Assembly: GCF_009834535.1 (NCBI RefSeq)
Contig: NC_045708.1
Coordinates: 29,636,001-29,700,000, forward strand
DNA: 64,000 nucleotides
Source: Camelus ferus
Lineage: Eukaryota
Direction of reading: 5' to 3'
Shown piece after piece: positions 49,261 to 62,650 of the stretch; positions within the stretch are counted from its first letter, which is position 1; every line of letters begins with the position of its first letter. The notes under the pieces are model-generated. The model was not told where the DNA came from. It worked only from the letters and a program-made list of their open reading frames with translations, and did not search any database. The position numbers and the translations under genes were made by a program.

Positions 49261-49790
49261 GACCTCCACGGGGCTTCAGATGCTATTCAGGGAGAGTCAG
49301 GGCAGGCTGCATTTACGAATAATCCAAGTGTCCCAAGGAGGTGTCTGGCTTTGGCCGCATGGGTCCAGAGCTATGGAAGCCAAACCCAGGATGGTTTGGG
49401 GAGTTTTTTGCAAGTGTCACTGCCTGTAAGTGGACTCAGAGCAGGTCATCAGGGCCTGGACTATTCACATGAGTGAGGCATGGCCCTCTACTTTGCAGAC
49501 AGAAAACGCGCCAGCACTTTCTGCCTGAATGTCTGTCGTGGGAACGTCGTGAAGGATGTCAGTGTCGCCATCGTATTGTTTCAGTTGGCAGTGGCGAGTG
49601 GCCCCCTACAAGTCCCCTGTGTGCTATGCAAACCGCTGACGGCTGGAATCGGCTGTGTGCATGGCCCAGGCATCCCTGGTCCCCACACGAGAGAAGCCAC
49701 GCTGGACGCCACAGGCAGCTCTGTCCTGCCTCTTCTCCCTTTTAATCCCGTGTTGGAGATGAACGGCTGCGGAGGGGAATTCACGATCTT
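49261..49790 (-). other. HIVEP3: 5'UTR portion (530 nt) of the HIVEP3 giant exon
   Basis: Minus-strand acceptor ctctcttctcttgtttatgtgtatttctgtgtgtgtgctcttgtcaaatAG|AAGATC, with AG at 49792-49791. Length is close to the roughly 520 nt I recall for the human exon. Confidence 0.8.
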
Positions 49791-52700
49791 CTATTTGACA
49801 AGAGCACACACACAGAAATACACATAAACAAGAGAAGAGAGCGTTACTGGAACTCATCCACAGCCCGGGCAGCTCTGACTCTGTGAGACGCGGTGAGATC
49901 CCTGAAAGTTAACTCAGGGAGACCCAACCCGAACCCACGTCCCTCAGCTCCATGCACTGGAGCACTGCCAATACCTCCCTCACCCACATACCCAGGGGTG
50001 CTGGTGACTCTAAATGCCCACTGTGGTTCTGAGGACGGTAGCTGTGTGGGGCATTGGGAGCATGAGGCAGGGCGGGCTCTGGGAACCTCAGGGCACTTAG
50101 GGATGGGAGGCCTGGGCTCCAGTCTCTGTTCAGAGAACGACTCTGGGTGGGTTTTAGCTTCCTGAGCCTCAGTTGTCTCATCTATAAAATAGGATAACAG
50201 CAACTCAGGCTATTGTGGGGTCCAACGTGAAAATGGATGTGGATGCCACTGGATAAACGCCAGCCAGTCCTGTGGCCAGTGCAGGAGTAAGCACCGGTGG
50301 GTTATTTGAGATAAGCTTTCTAAGGGGGACTGTTCTCAGGTTAGCATTACTCTTTCTCTTGCCTGGGGTTCTGAAGGTGCCCAGGAAGGACATCATTCAT
50401 GGCTCTTGTCCTCTTTGCTAACCCACCTCCCAAAGCAGTGTTTCATGGAGAAGCTAAAACCACCACCCCAGCCTGTGGGAGCTCAGATTCTAACACAGCG
50501 TGACCCCCAGATTAGGCAAGCAATAGCTGGAGGGCCATTCTGACAAGTTCCTCCAGCTTGGCAGCCTTTCCTTATCCAGTCAGTGCCCCAGAGATAGCCT
50601 AGAAGTGGCTCAGAATGGGGGTCCTTGCCAAACTGAGGGCAAAGCTGGTCAGAGTAGAGCCCCAAGTGTGTATGTCCTCCTAGGATCAGCCAAAAGTCAG
50701 GCAGTCTAGGCTTCCTGGGCTCTGGGGACATCACAGGGCCCTTCTCCCCAGAAGCATGGTCAGAATTTCAAAGCTGGAAGTCACTGTGAACTCCATCTCA
50801 TCAGCCACCTTACTTTCCAATGGACAGAAGTGAGGACCACAGAAGAAGGGTGGCCTGTCAAGGTCCTATATTCCTAAGAGGCAGGGCCAGCACATAAACC
50901 TACGCTCTCTATGGCCAGAATTAATTCCCCAGCCACCTCACAGGTATCCATCCCCTGGGTGAGGGTCTGGGGGAGTGACCAGTATCTCGGAGGCCTTCTT
51001 CCCTCTCCTGTAAGCATGCTCTGCCCCTGGCATCCTGAGCTCAGGGTCCCTTCATGCCCTCACCTTGATTTTCATTGGGTGTTTCCTGATGTAGTCTTGA
51101 GGAGTTACCTCTTTCTACTTTCACAGGTTTCTCAGAAAGTTAACAAGTCTGAAAGACTCAAATAATTGTCTCTCAAATGGCAGGACCATGGGCATAGTGA
51201 CATGCCATGGAGAGGCAGGTGGTTTGATAATTAGATAAAAACTATATTCTATAAATGTATTCCTTTTGTATTTCCTTTCCATATTGGTTCTTTAAAGAAT
51301 TCAATGTAACTATATTATAATTTTATAAGTATTTTAAAAAGGATGGACTATAAAAAAAATAGAAGAAAACTAAGTAAGAATAACAATTCAGAACAAAGGA
51401 AAATGTAAATATGGCAGGAGGTCAGGATTGGTGGGATGGAAAGAACATCGGTATAAAATCATAAGGGCTTATCGTGCTCCTATAGTTCAGCTATACATTT
51501 ATCTCTGAGCTTCCTGGCAGCCAAGGAGAAAAGGGCGATATAATTTATGGCAGAGTCCTGATAGCCAGAGAGGAAGAAATATGTGAGTTCCTTACAGGAA
51601 GCAAAGGGTTGCTTGAATAGAACTTTTGAATGTGATACTTCAGACAGGGGCAGTGAATGATGCATGAGACCACCCATGTCCTCAAATGACATCCCTCCAG
51701 CCAATGCAGTGATTGATTTTTGTCAGTGGAAGGTCACTCAGCAAAGGCTACTCTTTGAGTAGTCAAAGGCCTCCTTCGACTCAGGCAGAGAGCATCCTCC
51801 CAAAGCAGGACGAATGTGGGGAAAGCAGGGAAATCTCATTTCATCATATGACTGTCAGTGTAAGATATCATCCAAACTAGGGCACTTTGGAGACTGAAAG
51901 GGGCATGCTTAATAACTGTGGAGGAGCCACAGGAATAAACCAGGGCTGTCCCAGGTAAGCTGGAACAAATGGTGGGCGTGGAGAGCCAACTAAGGTGGGG
52001 AGTCCATCCTGGTGGCATCATCCCAGGCCTCGCTTATCCAAGCAAAGTTGAATAGGAGTGCTGAGTCATGGAAAAGTCCACTGAAGCAGACGGCATCTGC
52101 AGTGTAGATGATGAACTATGCTCCAGGCTGGTCTGCGACTCCTGGGCCTGGCTGTACCTATGTGTGGGGAGGCCCTGGGGTGCTGGGTATGGATCATAAA
52201 AGGTTGGCTATACTCACTATTTCTATCGACCCTTTTGTGCAAGGATTTCAGAGCACTCCAAAATACTAGCTAGTGGTAAGCTTTGTTTCTTCCGCTAGAT
52301 GGATGGGACCCTGCCACATGACTGGGTGGTGAGTGATCAGTCTGGGTGAGGGTCAGTTGGCCAAGGAGGACCCTACATTGTCGAGTCCTGTGGTTTTCCC
52401 TTCACTGAGCCATAGGCTCTCCAGGGGCAGGTTAGAAAGTGCCCAGTGGCTGGAACAAATTCCAGGCCAGGTAGGAGGGGCGGGTGGATGAGGGAGGCAG
52501 GTGACTGTTGTATCATCAGGTGACTCACTGGGCTAGCATCCCCTGCCTGGGGTCAGCATCCACCTACACCTGTGAGCTGAGCCTGGTTCTCTTCTGGAGA
52601 GGGCCCTTCTGCCTGCACCCTCTGGAGCAGGAGGAGCCAGGACAGGTCAGCACTGTCGTCCACCCATATTGTGGAGTCAGTGAGGCCTGAGAGCAGAAAG

Positions 52701-53572
52701 GCCCACCTCTTCATTCTGCATAGAGGGCACCTGAGCTGTGGTGGGCAATGACCAGCCCAGGCCTCACAGATCCTCGGACTCCTGGGTCAGTGCTCTCTGC
52801 TGCCCTGCTCCACACCTCATGACAGGGGCAGTGGGAGGGGGCAGCCGGGACTGGGTGCAGACTCGGGTAAACCTACGAGAACTAAGAATGCCTCAGCTTT
52901 GGAATGGGTTACATTCAGACTGGCATCAATGCTCTTCTATTTAACCCTTTAACTTCTTTAGAAGGACTGTTTCCAATCACTGTGACCAAGTGACACTAGG
53001 AAAATGGCTCTGTTCTACCATCTATGCTTCTGAGGGTATGCGGACAATTTTAACATAAACTTGAAGTACCAGGGAAAAAAGTTACTTCTGCCAACAACTG
53101 CTGAGGACACCTAACATGGCACCAGTGACAGGAGGTCAGAGGGAGAGGGTTTTCCTGACAGGGTGCAGGAGCTGGGCCAGCCGGGGCCTGAGCCTCAGGC
53201 CAGAGGGAAGATGGATGTCCTTTGCTGATGGCGGCAGAATGGCTGTGGGGTCCACACTGCCCACCACTGAGGCCACAGTCCTCAAAGCTCTGGCTTAGAA
53301 ACCAGCTTAGAACCATGAGGAGAACCTGAGCTTCAAGAGCTAGTTGGCTAACATATCAGACAACCCAGTCCCCACTTCTGGAAGCTTCTAGGTCTAGGTA
53401 TTAGGACATCGAGAAATGATGGCCATGACTGTTACCGCGGTGAGTCTTTCTGCCTGAGCAGCTGCCACGGCCTTGCGGCAAGAGCGCCGGCCTGGGTGCC
53501 AATCCTGGCTCTGCTGCTTGTAGGCTGTGGACTGTTATGAGCATTGGATGTGGTTATCACGTATGGAGAGTA

Positions 53573-55227
53573 CAGGCAGATCTTGTCTTCCTGTGCTTCG
53601 CTTTACTGCACTTTGCAGATAGTGCATTTTTTACAAACTTTAAGCTTCTGGCAACCCTGTGTCTAGCAAGTCTAACAGCACCATTTTTCCAATAGCATTT
53701 GCTCATTGAGTGTCTTTGTGTCATGTTTTGATAATTCTTACAATATTTCCAACTTGTTCATTATTGTTCTATCTGTTACGGTGATTTGCGATCAGTGATC
53801 TTTGATGTTACTACTGTAATTGTTCTGGGGCCCCACAAACTGTGCCCATGTAAGAAGGGAACTCAGTGGATACGTGTTGTGTGCTCTGACTGCTCCACAG
53901 ACCAGCTGGTCCCCAGTCTCTCTCCCTCTCCTCCAACTTCCCTGAGACACAACGATATCGAAATTAGGCCAATTAATGACCTTACAATGACTTCTAAATG
54001 TTCAAATGACAGGAATATTCATATGTCTCTCACTTTAAATAAAAAACTAGAAAAGATTAAGTTTAGTAAGGAAGTCATGTGGAATGTTGAGACAGGCCAA
54101 AAGCTAGGCGTCTTCTGCTGAACTGTTAGCCAAGCTGTGAATGCAAAGAAGTTCTCGAAGGAAATTGAAAGCGCTACTTCAGTGAACGCACGAACGACAA
54201 GCAGAGCAGCCTTACTGCCCATATGGAGAAAGTCTCGGGGTCCGCACNNNNNNNNNNNNNNNNNNNNNNNNNNNNNNNNNNNNNNNNNNNNNNNNNNNNN
54301 NNNNNNNNNNNNNNNNNNNNNNNNNNNNNNNNNNNNNNNNNNNNNNNNNNNNNNNNNNNNNNNNNNNNNNNNNNNNNNNNNNNNNNNNNNNNNNNNNNNN
54401 NNNNNNNNNNNNNNNNNNNNNNNNNNNNNNNNNNNNNNNNNNNNNNNNNNNNNNNNNNNNNNNNNNNNNNNNNNNNNNNNNNNNNNNNNNNNNNNNNNNN
54501 NNNNNNNNNNNNNNNNNNNNNNNNNNNNNNNNNNNNNNNNNNNNNNNNNNNNNNNNNNNNNNNNNNNNNNNNNNNNNNNNNNNNNNNNNNNNNNNNNNNN
54601 NNNNNNNNNNNNNNNNNNNNNNNNNNNNNNNNNNNNNNNNNNNNNNNNNNNNNNNNNNNNNNNNNNNNNNNNGCTGAAGCCAATGCTTATTTATCATCCT
54701 NNNNNNNNNNNNNNNNNNNNNNNNNNNNNNNNNNNNNNNNNNNNNNNNNNNNNNNNNNNNNNNNNNNNNNNNNNNNNNNNNNNNNNNNNNNNNNNNNNNN
54801 NNNNNNNNNNNNNNNNNNNNNNNNNNNNNNNNNNNNNNNNNNNNNNNNNNNNNNNNNNNNNNNNNNNNNNNNNNNNNNNNNNNNNNNNNNNNNNNNNNNN
54901 NNNAGCTCTAATGGAAGTNNNNNNNNNNNNNNNNNNNNNNNNNNNNNNNNNNNNNNNNNNNNNNNNNNNNNNNNNNNNNNNNNNNNNNNNNNNNNNNNNN
55001 NNNNNNNNNNNNNNNNNNNNNNNNNNNNNNNNNNNNNNNNNNNNNNNNNNNNNNNNNNNNNNNNNNNNNNNNNNNNNNNNNNNNNNNNNNNNNNNNNNNN
55101 NNNNNNNNNNNNNNNNNNNNNNNNNNNNNNNNNNNNNNNNNNNNNNNNNNNNNNNNNNGTCAAAATAGAAACATTGAACTGGACTTTGGAAGAAGTTGAT
55201 TCCAACCCTCCTGGATGAATTTGAGCA
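53573..55227 (+). mobile_element. Tigger1 DNA transposon, 3'-truncated, transposase pseudogene
   Basis: TA|CAGGCA left end; ORF from 53987 MTSKCSNDRNIHMSLTLNKKLEKIK with a stop at 54119-54121; islands between N-runs read LKPMLIYH, ALME and GAAGAAGTTGATTCCAACCCTC; no right TIR seen. Confidence 0.92.
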
Positions 55228-55560
55228 GTTTTTTCTGGGGGCAGCATGGTATTCCATTTGGGGCTGTACTCAAATTCAGCCAGTCTTCTCTCGATGGATA
55301 TGGACGTTGTTTCCAGCTTTTTCTATTCCAAGAAATGCTACAAAGAATATCTTCTGCATACTCGAGTGAATATACCCATGGGATGAATTCCCAGAAGGGG
55401 AAATGCTTGGCCAAAGGGAATGTACCTTTGGGTACTGACAAATAGCTCTTCAAAAAGCACAGATTGACACTCGCACTGATAGTATGTGGAGACTGTTTCT
55501 CAAAACTCCTTCCTACCTGGATTGCTCCTTAATATTTACCAATAGGAAAGGCCAACGGGT

Positions 55561-56045
55561 TGCATTATTTTCCTATTGCAGCTATAACAAATTACCACAA
55601 ACTTGGTGGTAAAAACAACATAATTTATTATCTTACAGTTCTGGAGGCTAGAAGTCTGAAACGAGTCTCACTGGGATGAAATCAAAGCAGGGCCGTTTTC
55701 CTTGCTGGAGGCTCTAGGGGAGCATCCAGGTTCTTGCTTTGTCCACCTTCTAGAGGTCACCTGCACTCCTTGGCTCCTGGTCCCTTCCGTCTTCATAGCC
55801 GGCAATGGCACCTCTCTCACACTGAATCACTCTTAACACTGCTTGCCCTGCCTCTCTTTCACCTGCAAGGGCTCTTGTGATCACATTGGGCCCCCACTTG
55901 GATAATCTAGGATAATATTCCCACCTCCAGATCCTTAATTTAATCACATTAATAAAGTCCTTTTTTGCCATGAAAGGCAACATATTCACAGGTTCCAGGG
56001 ATTAGGATGTGGACATCTTTGGGGATCATTACTCTGCCTACCACA
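55561..56045 (-). mobile_element. MLT1 (MaLR) solo LTR, MLT1D-like
   Basis: Both termini recognisable (tgcattattttcctattgcagctataac ... tctgcctaccaca); typical ttacagttctggaggctagaagtctgaa segment. Confidence 0.85.
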
Positions 56046-56055
56046 ACGATATCAC

Positions 56056-56174
56056 TTTTTTGGTGGGGGAGGTAATTAGGTTTTATTTATTTATTTAAAC
56101 AGCGGTACTGGGGATTGAACCCAGGACCTCATGTGTGCTAAGCACGTACTCTACCACTGAGCTCTACCCTCCCC
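56056..56174 (-). mobile_element. tRNA-Ala-derived camelid-type SINE
   Basis: GGGTAGAGCTCAGTGGTAGAGTACGTGCTTAGCACACATGAGGTCCTGGGTTCAATCCCCAGTACC plus AACCTAATTACCTCCCCC. Confidence 0.85.
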
Positions 56175-57954
56175 TCTTTTCATTTTTTAAAAATCTGTAC
56201 TTCTTGGTCTCTTAATAAGGCTTAGAACTTTGCATACATTTATTAAACAATTGTTTCATTCAGGGAACTATTTTTCATATCCTTTATGTTTCTACTGAAT
56301 TATTTTGTTTATGCAAACTCTAGGGATAGTGGGGATATTAATCCTTTCTATGTGAATTGCAAATACTTCTCCCTACTTATATTAGTCTTTAACTTTGCTG
56401 AACAGAAAAATTTTGTTTCTATGTGGTCAAGTGCATCATCAGTCTTTCCTTTTACAACTTTTAGGTTTCATGTCCAAGATTATTTATTTAGAATGTCAGC
56501 CAATTTTCTTCTAGTCCTTTTGATTTTTTTTTTTTCCTTCTCTCTCTCTGTACCTCTGTTCCTCCCTCCCTCCATTGTTGTCTCCCTCCCTTCCTTTCCA
56601 TGGCTGTCTTGGGTCCATCTGGCACTAATTTTTGTGTAAGGAGTAAGGCAGAGATAAAGCTTAGCGCTTTTCCATGTAAGCTAACCAGTTGATCTAATAT
56701 CATTATTGAATAGTCAACCCCAAGTCCACTGAAATGTCCTGGGGTATCTTCTAGCCCCATCCAGATCCACTGAAACAGACTCTCTGGGAAAAGAGCCTCA
56801 GGAGCTCTCTTTTTACAAAACTCCCTATGTAAATCTGACATAAATTTTTCTACAGCCCAATATTTGGGGAAACTGATGAAACTCCTCTAACTGCTTGGTA
56901 TTTCTAACCACCTTGCCCCTAAGTTCCCAGCGTTCCTCCACCTGCCCCCACTGTTTATTGTGGAAAGTGAAATCTCTTCAATTGCCAACCTCACTAGGCC
57001 TCTCCCTCTTGCAAGAACTCTCAGTAGCTCCCCATTGCAGGGAGATGCAGCCAATGGCATTTCAGCCTCATCATAATCGGGCCCTGCCCAGCCTTTCCAG
57101 CCTCCTCTCTCCACCCTGAACTTTCACTTTGAACTCTAACCCACATGCTCTTGACCTCCTTGCTTGAACACACTGCTGTTCCCCAGGGTATGGGCAGAGA
57201 AAGGAGTCTGGAAGCTAGTTCCACAGAGGAACCAGAGAATGCCTCCTGGATGAACATATGTTTGAACTAGGCCTTGAGTGATGAGGAAATGTTGATAGTT
57301 AGACTTGAAAGAAAAGGATTTTAGTCTTGGGGGAAAGATACCACATATGTAGAGCTAGGAGGCTGGAATGTAGTCACAGGGAATGTTGAGTTTGCTGCCT
57401 CTCCCCCTGCCGGGGCTCTGGGGCTCACGAGCTTAGAGCGTCCAGGTAGGGGCCCCACACTACGCTGGGGGGGTTCGGGGTGTGGGCAGGACTTTCTACA
57501 TGTTTCCTACTAGGCCCTAGAATGATAAGAAAAATCCCCAAGCTGTGAAGGCTTGGTTGTGCCAAACAGATCTTCTAACTGAGCTGGGGCCAGTACTGAC
57601 CCTCCAAAGCAGGCAGAGGCACAATCTGGTCCCATGGGGCCGCCAGGGGCATGTGACGGGGCAGGATCAGGCTTCCCAGGTGACCAGCCCCTCACACCCG
57701 CTGGCATGGATTCACTCATGGAACACAGGCACCATCTAGGGTCTGATGGATTGCCTGTGTTAGGAAGAAGTTTTCCACTAGTCTAGCACGCCAAATACAG
57801 GCTTTTCCTGAGAAGCCTGAGATGTCCACCTTGGGTCAGACCTGTGGCTTAACCAGTTCATCAGCATCTTCCTGGTAAACTTGTCTCCCCTCTGACTGGG
57901 CAGAGGCTGGGCCTTATTCACCTTTGTATTTCAGTGCCTGTCACTGGAACCAGA

Positions 57955-58150
57955 ATGCAGTAAAAATTACAAATATTTTAAAAATACTTAAATGAGCATC
58001 TACTGTGTGCCCAAATGATACTAAACATTAATATATTAATCCTCACACGTGTCCCTTTTTGCAGATGAGAGGACTGAGGCTCAAAGAGGTGAAGCTGCTT
58101 CAGATGATATGAGAAAAGGCAGAGGGAAGATTTGAACCCTGAGTTCAGGC
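57955..58150 (-). mobile_element. MIR
   Basis: tgcagatgagaggactgaggctcaaagaggtgaag...gatttgaaccc. Confidence 0.7.
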
Positions 58151-60019
58151 CACCACCTAGAAAACCCCCAAGAGGGCTGACCTTGGTCTGAAGGGCCCAG
58201 ATGGATTCTGCCTGCCTTCCCAGCACCCCAGCTCCTCCAGGAAGTCTTCCCAGTTAACCACAGCCATCTCCACTTGCATCAAAGTCTCCTCCCAATATGC
58301 AATCACTCTGCCTGACCCTGTTAATCTCAGAGCTGAGTTTCTTGATAAATGCTTTTTATCAACAGCGAGCGGGGGATTAGTCACTGTCTGGGTAGTTCCC
58401 AAATCATGTCCCTTGGATGACTATGTCCATGTTCCTACTTTTCCTTCTTCTCTTTCCTCCCAACCCCAAGACCCAGACAAGGCTTGGAATTTCTACATAC
58501 TGATTGAAAAGCAAATTCTCTTCATAGCAAAGAGAAACCTAGGTAATCCTGGGTGAGTTATACTTGGCTGGCGTTTGTCTTCCTGTTTAGAAAGCCCAGG
58601 GATCAAGGTGGAATTGACATCACTAGGGAGGACGAAGTCTCCAGAGACATCCCAGGAGGGAAGAAACAGGTTTCACAGTCAAGCCCAAGCAACAATGCAG
58701 CCAGAACTCCACTCTGCCAGACCCGTGGAAGTCCAGATTTAGTCCTGATTATTTGTGGTTTGGACAGGTCAGGCAAGATGGCCCTAACCAATGCCATGTC
58801 TAGACTGAATGACTAAACTCTTAATATGTGTCAGGCTGTAGTTAGTGTTTTACACAATAACTCTGCCAGGCAGGGACTATTAACGTCTGCATTGTACAGA
58901 TAAGGAAACTGAGGCACAAAATCACAGAGCTGTTATTGCCAGAGCTGGACCTGACACTTGACACCTGGGCTGTCAGGTGACCTCTGCGGTGGAGACACTC
59001 AAGGCTGGGGCCATGGCAGCCTCGCAGACAGGACTCAGATTTGCATCACAGTCCTAACATTTCATGTACTCGAACACTGTTCCTAGCAGTCTTCCTTCCC
59101 GTCACGTGGACGGCTCTTGTGAAGAGCCCTTTTGCCCCCTTTCACCTAGAAAAGTATCTGCTGTGTTGAAGTCCTGTTCCCACTGAGGCTGAAAATGAAC
59201 TGAGATCAGGGACTGTTGCCTGGATTTAACAAGGGCTTGGTGAAACCCACATACTTGTAGTTAATTAATCTACAAAGTTATCTGTTGTTATAAATCTAGT
59301 TATCTAGCCACCCACCTATCTCAGTATTTATTTATATCCACCTTGTTCTGGTAAGGATTAAAAGAGGCTTCTGGACACCTGTGAGAACTTGGTGAGCATC
59401 TGAACTTAACTCGACCTGCTTATCTTAAATGGTCCAGGAAGTACTTGTGGGTGAAAGAGCTTAAGGAAGAACAAAGCCCACAGTGAAAGTTGGGCAGGGT
59501 CAGACAGACTTGTCTTCTGGCCAATTGCATTCTGCCAGCCTCTCATCCATGTTGCCTAAGAAAGATATGCACTCCACCTTTGTCTCAGTGGTCCGCTTTC
59601 TCATCAGTGTCCAGCAGTCTAGCTGCTCTTTTGATGGCATTTTGTTTCTACACAAATGACCATGGTACAAAGGCACACTTGCCTACAAGCTTCCTAGGTA
59701 CTTAAGGCCCTTTGGTTTAACACAAAGGGTAATATATAGAACAAACTACAGCATTCACACACACACACATTATAGAATAAACTCTATAAGGACAAATGAC
59801 CAGAGAGACAGCATGACCTACACAGTGTATTCCAAAGTGGACAAGGACAAGAGCAGAGACTACCTGTGGTTTCCGCCATTCTCGCCCACAAGGCTCGATG
59901 GGTATAACTGCACCATGCTTGTAATGATACAGCATTTATAATGATCACTTTGCTACTCATTATTTATTCACTCAGTCTGCAAGCAATACATGGGCCTTCT
60001 CAACACCAGACCAGTAATA

Positions 60020-62650
60020 TGAAAACAGACATAACCTATAGACCTTACTATAAAGCTACAGTCATCAAGGCAGTGTAGTATCAATGCAAGGAGAGAAAAA
60101 AAAAAAAACCAACAATGAAAACAATAGAGTAAGAAAACAGACCCCTGAATATACAGTCATCTGATTTATAACTAAGGTATGATTATATTTGGTGGGGGAA
60201 ATGATAGTCTTTTCAATAAATGGTTCTGAAGCAATAGGCTATCCATAGGAATGAAAATAAAAATGAACCTTGGCTCCTACCTCACACCATACACAAAAAT
60301 TAATGTGAAAAGGATGACTGGTGTGAATACAAAGATTAAAGAATAAAGTTTGTAGAAGAAAACAGAAGAGTATAACTTCATGAACTTGGGGCCAGCAAAG
60401 ACTTCTTACACAGGTCACAAAAAAGCAAAAATTACATAACCATAAAGGAAAGAACTGATAAAACAGGCTTCATTAAAATGAAAAACTTTTGCTTATCAGA
60501 AGACACCAATAATAGTAAAAAGACAAACCACAAACTTAAAGAAGATATTTGCAATAAATATTTGACAAAGGACGCATCCAGAATATAAAAAATTCCTAAA
60601 AATGAATTTTAAAAAGGCACACAATCTGATTAAAAATGGCCAAAGTTAACTCAAGATAAATCAAAGATCTAATATAAGAGCTAAAGTGTAAAATTCCTAG
60701 AAGAAAACATAGGGGAAAACTTCATGACATTGGACTTAACAATGATTTCTTGGATATGAGAGCAAAGAACAGACAACCAATGAAAAGACAGCAAAATTTA
60801 AAACTTTTGTGTACCAAAGGGCACAATCCACAGNNNNNNNNNNNNNNNNNNNNNNNNNNNNNNNNNNNNNNNNNNNNNNNNNNNNNNNNNNNNNNNNNNN
60901 NNNNNNNNNNNNNNNNNNNNNNNNNNNNNNNNNNNNNNNNNNNNNNNNNNNNNNNNNNNNNNNNNNNNNNNNNNNNNNNNNNNNNNNNNNNNNNNNNNNN
61001 NNNNNNNNNNNNNNNNNNNNNNNNNGATACTGAACATCATTAATCATTAGTGAAATGCAAATCAAAACTATGAGATACAATGCTTCATACAGATTAGAGT
61101 GGCTATTATTAAAAAAACCACAGAAAAATAATAAATATTGGCAAGAATGGAGAGAAACTATAATCCTTGTGCACTGTTGGTGGGAATAAAAAAAATGTTG
61201 CANNNNNNNNNNNNNNNNNNNNNNNNNNNNNNNNNNNNNNNNNNNNNNNNNNNNNNNNNNNNNNNNNNNNNNNNNNNNNNNNNNNNNNNNNNNNNNNNNN
61301 NNNNNNNNNNNNNNNNNNNNNNNNNNNNNNNNNNNNNNNNNNNNNNNNNNNNNNNNNNNNNNNNNCCCAAAGGTGGAAATAATNNNNNNNNNNNNNNNNN
61401 NNNNNNNNNNNNNNNNNNNNNNNNNNNNNNNNNNNNNNNNNNNNNNNNNNNNNNNNNNNNNNNNNNNNNNNNNNNNNNNNNNNNNNNNNNNNNNNNNNNN
61501 NNNNNNNNNNNNNNNNNNNNNNNNNNNNNNNNNNNNNNNNNNNNNNNNNNNNNNNNNNNNNNNNNNNGAAGTACCTAGAAGAGTCAAATTCATAGAGACA
61601 GAAAGAATGGTGGTTACCAGGGCTGGCAGGGAAAGGGAAATGGAGATTTGTTGTTTAATGAGTATAGAGTTTCAGTTCTGCAAGATGAAAAGAATTCTGG
61701 AGATTCACTGATACTGTACAACCATGTGAAAATACTTAATACTACTGAACTTAAGATGATAAATTTTATGTCAGGTGTATTTTACCACAATTTTTTAAAA
61801 TGGCAAAAGATTTGAACAGGTATTTTAAAAAAGAGGTTATCTAAGTGGTCAATAAGCATATGGAAAGGTGCTCAACATCATTATTCGTTAAGGAAATATA
61901 AATTAAGTCCACCACACATTCACCAGAATGGCTAACATGAAACAAGCAAAATGATACCAAATGTTGGCAAGAACGTGGAGCGACTGGAACTTTTCTTGTA
62001 CGTTGTTGGTGGGAAGGGAAACAGACACAACCATGCGGACAATTGATCGGCAAAATCTTCAAAGCCAAACACACACCTACCCCATGACCTAAAAATTCCA
62101 CTCCTAGAAATATTTCCTACGCATACATATGTCTGCCAAAAACACAAACAAAAATGTTCAAAGTAGCTTTATTCATAACAGCAAAAAATTGGAAATAACT
62201 CAAATGTCAACAACAAGTAGAATGGATAAATAAACTGTGGTATATTCATACGAGGATTATTACATGGTAATTAAAAGAACAAAGTACTGCCACCAACAAA
62301 AATACAGATGGATCTCACAGATAAAATAATAAGCAAAGGAGTTCAGATATAGTAGATAATATACTGTATGATTCCATTTAACTGAAGTTTAAGAACAGAT
62401 ATCATTTAATTTTGTGGTATTAGAAATCAGAATAATGGTTAGCTCTGGTGGGGCAGGTAGGTATTGACTAGGAAAGAGCATGTGGGAGCTTATTATGTGA
62501 TAGAAATGTTCTATATCTTGATTTGGTTTGACATGTATTACATGAGTGTTTATATATATATACACATACATATATACATATAAACACACACAATTTGAGT
62601 TGTAACTTTATGGTATGTATGCAGAATTGTATGTATGTTATGCCTCAATT
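60020..62650 (+). mobile_element. Old L1 ORF2 end and 3'UTR containing a nested younger L1
   Basis: cttactataaagctacagtcatcaag, cctacctcacaccatacacaaaaattaa and aatggataaataaactgtggtatattcatac motifs. Confidence 0.85.
60646..61796 (+). mobile_element. Nested 5'-truncated L1 (L1MA/MB-like)
   Basis: aattcctagaagaaaacatagggg ... tgtattttaccacaatttt 3' end; flanked by near-identical AAAATGGC(C/A)AAAG. Confidence 0.75.

Larger units (their letters stand above)
55228..56870 (-). mobile_element. Old L1 (L1ME-like) fragment interrupted by MLT1 and a SINE
   Basis: gcatggtattccatt, gatattaatcctttc and ttgcaaatacttctccc motifs on both sides of the inserts. Confidence 0.6.

Noticed and set aside
4162-52528. 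About 11 AP-1 (TGASTCA) motifs
   Set aside because: Roughly 8 expected by chance in 64 kb; no clustering.
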